Virus record (IMG/VR): IMGVR_UViG_3300030419_007641
Span: 64,001-128,000 of that record
Direction: 5' to 3' (one strand)
DNA: 64,000 nt
Origin: a virus
The notes under the pieces are model-generated. The model was given only the letters and a program-made list of their open reading frames with translations, had not been told where the DNA came from and ran no database searches. The first letter of the stretch is position 1, and the number at the start of each line of letters is the position of its first letter. A program made the translations under genes and the position numbers. Positions 58,917-64,000 of the stretch are shown here, in pieces.

Positions 58917-58943
58917 AGGAGGGCGATCAACCCTCCCCTAAAT

Positions 58944-59354
58944 TTATACTTTATATGTTTTAATATATTCTTCTTTCTTCCTACGAGGTACATCTACCTC
59001 GAGGACCCCATTAACATAAGAGAAATTAATCTTATTGAGATCAAACTCTCTTCCAACAGAGAACGACCTATTGTAGGTTTGTTCCTTTTCCCCGTCATGT
59101 GCTTTTACTTTACGCTTTGCCTTAATATAGACTTCGCGCTGATCAGTGTCTGTAGAAAGATCTAAATTATCTTTCGTAACTCCAGGTAGATCAATTTGAA
59201 CGCTTAGTGCATCTTCATCAGATGCGAATCGAACTTGATCTCCTGTTTTATAGACTTCTTCCAACTGGTGGAAGACCGGTGTCAGATTGAAAAAACCATC
59301 AAAGGCTTTTTCGATTTCTGCGATTGGGTTGTGTGTGTATTTAGTTAGTTTCAT
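58944..59354 (-). CDS. hsp20: Small heat shock protein (Hsp20/alpha-crystallin)
   Basis: QIDLPGVTKDNLDL, YNRSFSV, YVNGVLEVDVPR, C-terminal I-x-x-Y-x-V. TATAAATA upstream. Confidence 0.9.
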   Translation of the reverse strand: MKLTKYTHNPIAEIEKAFDGFFNLTPVFHQLEEVYKTGDQVRFASDEDALSVQIDLPGVTKDNLDLSTDTDQREVYIKAKRKVKAHDGEKEQTYNRSFSVGREFDLNKINFSYVNGVLEVDVPRRKKEEYIKTYKV

Positions 59355-59396
59355 AGTAAAAATATTTATAACACTAGATATAAATCCTACCGCTGT

Positions 59397-59756
59397 TTAA
59401 TCATCAAAAAGTTTAATGACTTCAGGCTCTTCTTCTGGGGTAACGATTGGTGAAGCTGGTTTATTAATGTTTTCGTACTGTGTAATAATACGATCGTCAA
59501 GATCTACATCAGATACTGCTATAGCACTCTTAGTAAACGTCCAGTTATTTTTTTCCTTATCTCCTTTAATAAATTCCATAAAAAGATATGGAAAGGACTG
59601 TACTTGCAATTGACCGGATTGTGGATCAGGCTGGACATGAATAATAACAGGATTGTGCAGAGTAAGAGTTTTGGTATCTTCCTTTACCACTTGGCCTACA
59701 ACTGTTCTTCCAATATGATCAACAATCGTTTTGATTTCTTTATTTTTATCTGACAT
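59397..59756 (-). CDS. Hypothetical protein (small beta-rich, Sm-like candidate)
   Basis: GRTVVGQVV...LTLHNPVII...PYLF...EEEPEVIKLFDD. Confidence 0.55.
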   Translation of the reverse strand: MSDKNKEIKTIVDHIGRTVVGQVVKEDTKTLTLHNPVIIHVQPDPQSGQLQVQSFPYLFMEFIKGDKEKNNWTFTKSAIAVSDVDLDDRIITQYENINKPASPIVTPEEEPEVIKLFDD

Positions 59757-59790
59757 ATAATTATATTAATTTAAATTTATAATAAGGCCA

Positions 59791-60108
59791 CTATTTTTTT
59801 TGATATCTTAGTGTATTAGCTACTGTTACAGCTTCATGAAGAGCTTCTTTAGCTGGTTTAGAAAGGTATGTTGATTTATCAGAAGCGTGATCTAAAGCCT
59901 CTCTCATAATAACAATTGATCTTCTAATTTTTTCAATTTCGGGAGAATTAATAGTTCCTGAACCATCATCTACTCCTGTAATAACGTCTTTAAAGATTGC
60001 TAATGTTTCTAATATACCTTGAACTTTACCCCTCTTAAATGCTGGATGTGCATTATGGGTGTTATCGTCTTGAGGCCTATCTAAATATCCACCTGTTTGT
60101 ACTGCCAT
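59791..60108 (-). CDS. Hypothetical late protein
   Basis: Start moved to MAVQ (60108) because TAAATA (60114-60119, - strand) lies 5 nt upstream. Confidence 0.55.
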   Translation of the reverse strand: MAVQTGGYLDRPQDDNTHNAHPAFKRGKVQGILETLAIFKDVITGVDDGSGTINSPEIEKIRRSIVIMREALDHASDKSTYLSKPAKEALHEAVTVANTLRYQKK

Positions 60109-60112
60109 ATGT

Positions 60113-62689
60113 CTATTTACTAAATAGATCAAATAATTCTACTGTAACATTTTCAGATGGTTTTCTTATTTTCCATCCCACATTATCATAAAATCTTTCT
60201 ATTGCTTGAAATAGAATCTTTTCAAACATTTTGTCGTAGTCTGGTTTAAATAGATCGCTAAATTCTTTAGGGTAATCATATTTAAAACCAATGCTTTCCA
60301 AGCCGAACTTATTAGGTTGTTCAATGTACATATAACGGACCTTATCACCTGTTCCAATTGCTTCATATTTGTTTTTTGTGTTTAGTTTATCTAGAAGTAG
60401 ATTATAAAAATATGCTGACTTTACATGAATAGGCATTCCTTTTGCTGTTGTAAATTCGTTACATTGCACAGAGTATTTTTCATATCCCTTAACACCCATT
60501 ACAAAAGCAAGCTCTTGCGGATCTAACTTCTTAAAAATTTCATATGTCTCATTTAACAATTCATTAGTTTTACCTAATGATTGTGTATTAAGCATTGTTT
60601 CTATAATTTTCTTAGCGTATGGCTTAATGGCATTAGGCATAGTAGTCCTAACAACCTCCACACCAGTATATTTAAATTTATTTTCTTTAATACCCTCATC
60701 ATCCAAAATATGCATAACGTACCGCTTCTTTTGCAAGAACACGCCCACATCAGCTATACATTCACGCTTAAAAATAAACCTATTATCTTTAGATAAGAGC
60801 GCCTTTTTAGCCCATTCACTAACCCCTTTATTTAAGTGATCCTCAATTTGTTGAATTTTATCAAATGTTTCTTTGTGAATATCTTCACCATCTAAAAAAT
60901 TTAAGCCCTTATTAACAAGAGGAGTAATAGAAACATAGGATGAGTCCGTATCATTATAAATAATGCAATCCTCAAGTTGCTTATCAGAGATATCTGGTAC
61001 CTCGTTTTTAATAAATTCCTTGATAAGCTCATTTGAGTATTTAATAACAGCTTGCCCAGTCAACGTGACTGAAGATGCAATATCATCATCACCAATCGGG
61101 GCATGCTTATTTCCCATGTAGCCATAACACGAGTTAATAAGAATCTTAATAACCATTTGCGATGTATTAAGTCTTTCGACCTCATACTTAGCATCAATAT
61201 ATTCAGATGTATTTTTCTTTAGCTTTTTAAGTTTTTGTTTTGCTTTATATAAGTCCTTTTTAATAACAACGCGCTTATTGTAATAATATTCCAAGAATTC
61301 CGGAATAATGCCCCTTTTCTTCTGTGAAAATAAAAATCCAGCTTTAGATAAAGCACAGTCTTCAGTTTTTAGAAATTTTGCAAATGCTGGTTTATCTAAT
61401 TCAAACAATTTACCGGATACATGCTGTATTATTATCTTATCATTAGTACTTCTCTCAATCTTACCTACTTTAGTTTCCGGGGAAGTATTAAGAGATATCA
61501 TTACATTAGGATACAGAGAGTTTGCATCGAAAGAAACAATATGATTCTTAAATCCGGACTTAGGTTCCGCTACATACGCACCGGGATTTTTACCTGTATC
61601 AGCATTTCTAACAAATGTAGAAATAATTTCACCTCTATTACGAGCTCTAATACAAAGTGCGCCATTAATAACCTGAATTGTGCCCATAGCCCCTTCTAGT
61701 GTAGTCAACCCAACATAAGACAACATTCTAAGAAGAGGAAAATATTGAAGTTTTTCTTCTAACCTAACTAGAAGGTTAACGTCTTGAATGTTGTAGTCAA
61801 TAAACTTATTCCAATCTTCATCAGACAAAGTAGCAAGATTGCTATCACCATAGTCAATCTTACGCTGACCTAACTCTACCTCTCCAATAGCATCAAGCTT
61901 GTATGATTCTCTTAATTTTAAGCAAAACCGTTTATACACATCTAAGTAGTCTAAACAAGCAACCCCCTCTATATAAAATCGCTTTTGCTCTCTACCGAAT
62001 TGCCCCCTAATAAGTCTAGAATATACTCTACCTAATGGAGATAACCTATTAACATACTCCTGGCCAAGTATATGCTCTATTCGACCAACAATATAAGGAA
62101 TATCAAAAAATTCTGAGTTCCAACCACTTAAAATATCCGGGTAATCACTTTCAAGATACTCCAAAAATTTAATAAACATATCACGCTCATCTCTACAGTG
62201 AACATAATTTAAATCAGGTCGACCCTTACCGGTATATGGCTTAATTCCAAAGGTATGAAACTTTTTTGTAAAGTTATCATAACACGTAATTACGTTTACT
62301 ACATGATTAGGATTGTCTACATCTGGAAAAGAATCAGGTGAATATGTCTCAATATCAATTAAGCATACTCTCAGTGGATGTGTATTAAATTCTGGCTTCT
62401 CATTTTCCTGCCAATACAAATCTAATAAGAATTGTTGTTGAGGTGGAGCATTTTCAAATACTCGTTTTATCCCTGAGTCAGATAGAAATCTAGATCGATT
62501 AAATCTGTTATTAAATTTTTTCTTCTTAACCTTAGTACCGTAAATAGAAGTTTTATCGCCCCTATTATCTTCAATATAAAGATAGGGCTCAAATGAACAG
62601 GTGTGCATTATCCGGTTACCATCCTTATCCCAAGTAAATAGATTAATGCACTGATCCCTGTTGTTATAAACAACGTTACGATATGACAT
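60113..62689 (-). CDS. gp43: Family B DNA polymerase
   Basis: Exonuclease DIETYS, GWNSEFFDIPY, YNIQDV; polymerase FDANSLYP, KILINSCYG, YNDTDS, KKRY, GVEVVR. Confidence 0.96.
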   Translation of the reverse strand: MSYRNVVYNNRDQCINLFTWDKDGNRIMHTCSFEPYLYIEDNRGDKTSIYGTKVKKKKFNNRFNRSRFLSDSGIKRVFENAPPQQQFLLDLYWQENEKPEFNTHPLRVCLIDIETYSPDSFPDVDNPNHVVNVITCYDNFTKKFHTFGIKPYTGKGRPDLNYVHCRDERDMFIKFLEYLESDYPDILSGWNSEFFDIPYIVGRIEHILGQEYVNRLSPLGRVYSRLIRGQFGREQKRFYIEGVACLDYLDVYKRFCLKLRESYKLDAIGEVELGQRKIDYGDSNLATLSDEDWNKFIDYNIQDVNLLVRLEEKLQYFPLLRMLSYVGLTTLEGAMGTIQVINGALCIRARNRGEIISTFVRNADTGKNPGAYVAEPKSGFKNHIVSFDANSLYPNVMISLNTSPETKVGKIERSTNDKIIIQHVSGKLFELDKPAFAKFLKTEDCALSKAGFLFSQKKRGIIPEFLEYYYNKRVVIKKDLYKAKQKLKKLKKNTSEYIDAKYEVERLNTSQMVIKILINSCYGYMGNKHAPIGDDDIASSVTLTGQAVIKYSNELIKEFIKNEVPDISDKQLEDCIIYNDTDSSYVSITPLVNKGLNFLDGEDIHKETFDKIQQIEDHLNKGVSEWAKKALLSKDNRFIFKRECIADVGVFLQKKRYVMHILDDEGIKENKFKYTGVEVVRTTMPNAIKPYAKKIIETMLNTQSLGKTNELLNETYEIFKKLDPQELAFVMGVKGYEKYSVQCNEFTTAKGMPIHVKSAYFYNLLLDKLNTKNKYEAIGTGDKVRYMYIEQPNKFGLESIGFKYDYPKEFSDLFKPDYDKMFEKILFQAIERFYDNVGWKIRKPSENVTVELFDLFSK

Positions 62690-62700
62690 CTACATCTATT

Positions 62701-62716
62701 ATAATAATGTAGTTCC
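62701..62716 (-). promoter_or_regulatory. GGAACTAYAWTATWAT motif, copy 3 (upstream of DNA polymerase)
   Basis: GGAACTACATTATTAT, 11 nt before the ATG at 62689. Confidence 0.5.
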
Positions 62717-63933
62717 TAATTCCACTCTTTTAGGAATTTTCTCTCATTACTACCCCATGGGGTATTTAGTGCCTCTAGATGAGCTCCTATATTTTGATCA
62801 AGCTCTAAAATTCTCTTTAACCCTATCTGTCTAAGCTTATGAATATTTTGAAAATATCTATTTCTTTTTTTCCAATTTAATATTCGCTCTATTTTATGTT
62901 CAAATTCTTCTATTGTTGTAAACCTTAGCTGCTCCGGAGCTGTATGATAAGTTTCCATATCCTGACAGAGACAGGGCAGCCCTAATATACATGCTTCAAT
63001 AAATTTAATATCAGATTTAGATCGATTAAAATCATTTACCTGTAATGGAGCTACCATTAACTGAGCGTTTAAATTAGCAATAAATTGTGGATATTGTAAA
63101 AGTGTTTGCCACGGGTAAAATTCAATTTGCCTGCTCTGCACCAAATCTTGAAGTGGTGGAGGAAACGCGCCCACAAAAACCCATTGGTATTTATTAACTG
63201 TAGCTCTTATAAAATCTCTTACTTCTGATAGATCGTCCTTTCCTCCAGTTTTATTATCTACATCATAATGGGCTCCGGAGCCGGTATATAAAATACGTGG
63301 CTTTCTTCTATTATTTTCAAATTCACGCTCTATTTTTCGTGGGTCAAACAAATACCCCATCCACCCAGTTGGGACAAAGTTTGGAATTACAGTAATTTTT
63401 TGTTGACCCGTTTTTTCTTGATATAATCTTCTCATAAAGTCGCATGTCACTGTTACTTCATCTACCATATTAATAATATCAACACAATTTTGTCGAATTT
63501 CTTCAGTATCAAACGCAAACTTAAACTTATTATAATCAGGTATACATTCTTTAAATACAACATCATCTACCTCATAGATAATTTTAAAGTCGTGGCTTTG
63601 CTGTACTTGCTTTAAATACTTAACAAATTCTTTTTGCTGTGAAGAAGCTTGTCGCTGAACCTTAACGCACTTAACACCGGTATACCAATTTGGATCTGCA
63701 ACCATAGCTGTTGTTGATTGTGACATTCCGTCTCCTCTTGCGTTAATTACAGCTTCAGGCCACAATATTCTCCAATGTCCACATCCAGAATAATCCGCAA
63801 GATAGTTTATATATCTCGGTAGAGAGTGCTCAACAGGCTGTTGTTGTTGTGGTGGTGGTTGCGAATTTGCATCTAACTGTACCCCGACAATTGGAGAAGC
63901 TAAAGGCTGTGGAAAGGGTGATGCGCCAATCAT
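62716..63933 (-). CDS. Glycosyltransferase (GT-B-like phage family)
   Basis: ADYSGCGHWRI, YEVDD, VTVTC, TVIPNF, ILYTGS, APL..NDFNRSKSDIKFIEA. Confidence 0.75.
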   Translation of the reverse strand: MIGASPFPQPLASPIVGVQLDANSQPPPQQQQPVEHSLPRYINYLADYSGCGHWRILWPEAVINARGDGMSQSTTAMVADPNWYTGVKCVKVQRQASSQQKEFVKYLKQVQQSHDFKIIYEVDDVVFKECIPDYNKFKFAFDTEEIRQNCVDIINMVDEVTVTCDFMRRLYQEKTGQQKITVIPNFVPTGWMGYLFDPRKIEREFENNRRKPRILYTGSGAHYDVDNKTGGKDDLSEVRDFIRATVNKYQWVFVGAFPPPLQDLVQSRQIEFYPWQTLLQYPQFIANLNAQLMVAPLQVNDFNRSKSDIKFIEACILGLPCLCQDMETYHTAPEQLRFTTIEEFEHKIERILNWKKRNRYFQNIHKLRQIGLKRILELDQNIGAHLEALNTPWGSNERKFLKEWN

Positions 63934-63946
63934 TTTTATATATAGT

Positions 63947-64000
63947 TTAAATTTCTGTATAATCTACACGTCGTGTAATACCATTTTCCTTTTCTAAGAA
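63947..64000 (-). CDS. C-terminal end of an upstream gene (possibly gp46/SbcC-like recombination ATPase)
   Basis: Only FLEKENGITRRVDYTEI* is visible; the family guess rests on this short tail. Confidence 0.3.
   Translation of the reverse strand, partial: FLEKENGITRRVDYTEI

Noticed and set aside
58918-58943. GATCAACCCTCC resembling the 16S rRNA anti-SD tail
   Set aside because: Imperfect short match explained by the hairpin stem; no other rRNA-like sequence.
58791-59165. + strand 124-aa ORF from the ORF track
   Set aside because: Antisense to hsp20, no promoter motif, atypical composition; most likely a shadow ORF.
60940-60965. Polymerase motif YNDTDS instead of YGDTDS as a sign of modified-nucleotide use
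   Set aside because: The catalytic DTDS is intact, and one substitution cannot support a functional claim without comparative data.
1516-61699. Numerous 60-210-aa ORFs antisense or out of frame within long genes (e.g. 3237..3872, 49815..50249, 55433..55948, 56198..56665)
   Set aside because: Fully overlapped by well-supported genes, with no motifs or promoter signals; expected shadow ORFs, especially in GC-rich blocks.
1-64000. tRNA genes, CRISPR arrays, integrase/transposase, alternative genetic code
   Set aside because: No cloverleaf with T-loop/CCA pattern, no regularly spaced repeats and no recombinase motifs were seen. Core genes are uninterrupted under the standard code.

Overview
This window is a gene-dense, AT-rich segment of a large T4-like contractile-tailed dsDNA phage; host and exact taxon cannot be determined from the sequence. 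The + strand from 1 to about 44.9 kb is a late virion module: tail sheath (partial), three tandem tail-tube-like genes, baseplate hub and wedge genes (gp53-, gp25-, gp6-like), large baseplate/tail proteins, two tail fibres with Mtd_N-like and collar domains, and a block of large orphan Pro/Trp/Gly-rich proteins. A small island at 9.3-12.7 kb (putative small terminase, dUTPase, clamp loader) interrupts it. The - strand from 44.9 to 64 kb is a T4-like replication module: primase, RNase H, sliding clamp, SSB, DHH phosphoesterase, helicase, UvsX, Hsp20 and family B polymerase. It also holds a class II glutamine amidotransferase, a divergent QueC and two glycosyltransferases. The most unusual observations are: (1) sharply bounded GC-rich, Pro/Trp/Gly-rich in-frame blocks in several virion genes, two of which share a motif, plus a tandem paralog family built from near-identical blocks and divergent spacers; (2) a GATase / glycosyltransferase / QueC set in which QueC has lost its Zn-binding cysteines, a candidate new DNA modification pathway; (3) apparently leaderless late genes (TAAATA 5-6 nt before the start codon) and a third, 16-nt promoter-like motif; (4) a candidate structured RNA between hsp20 and uvsX. 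I found no tRNA, rRNA, CRISPR array, integrase or reverse transcriptase. All product calls come from motif recognition by eye, without database searches.
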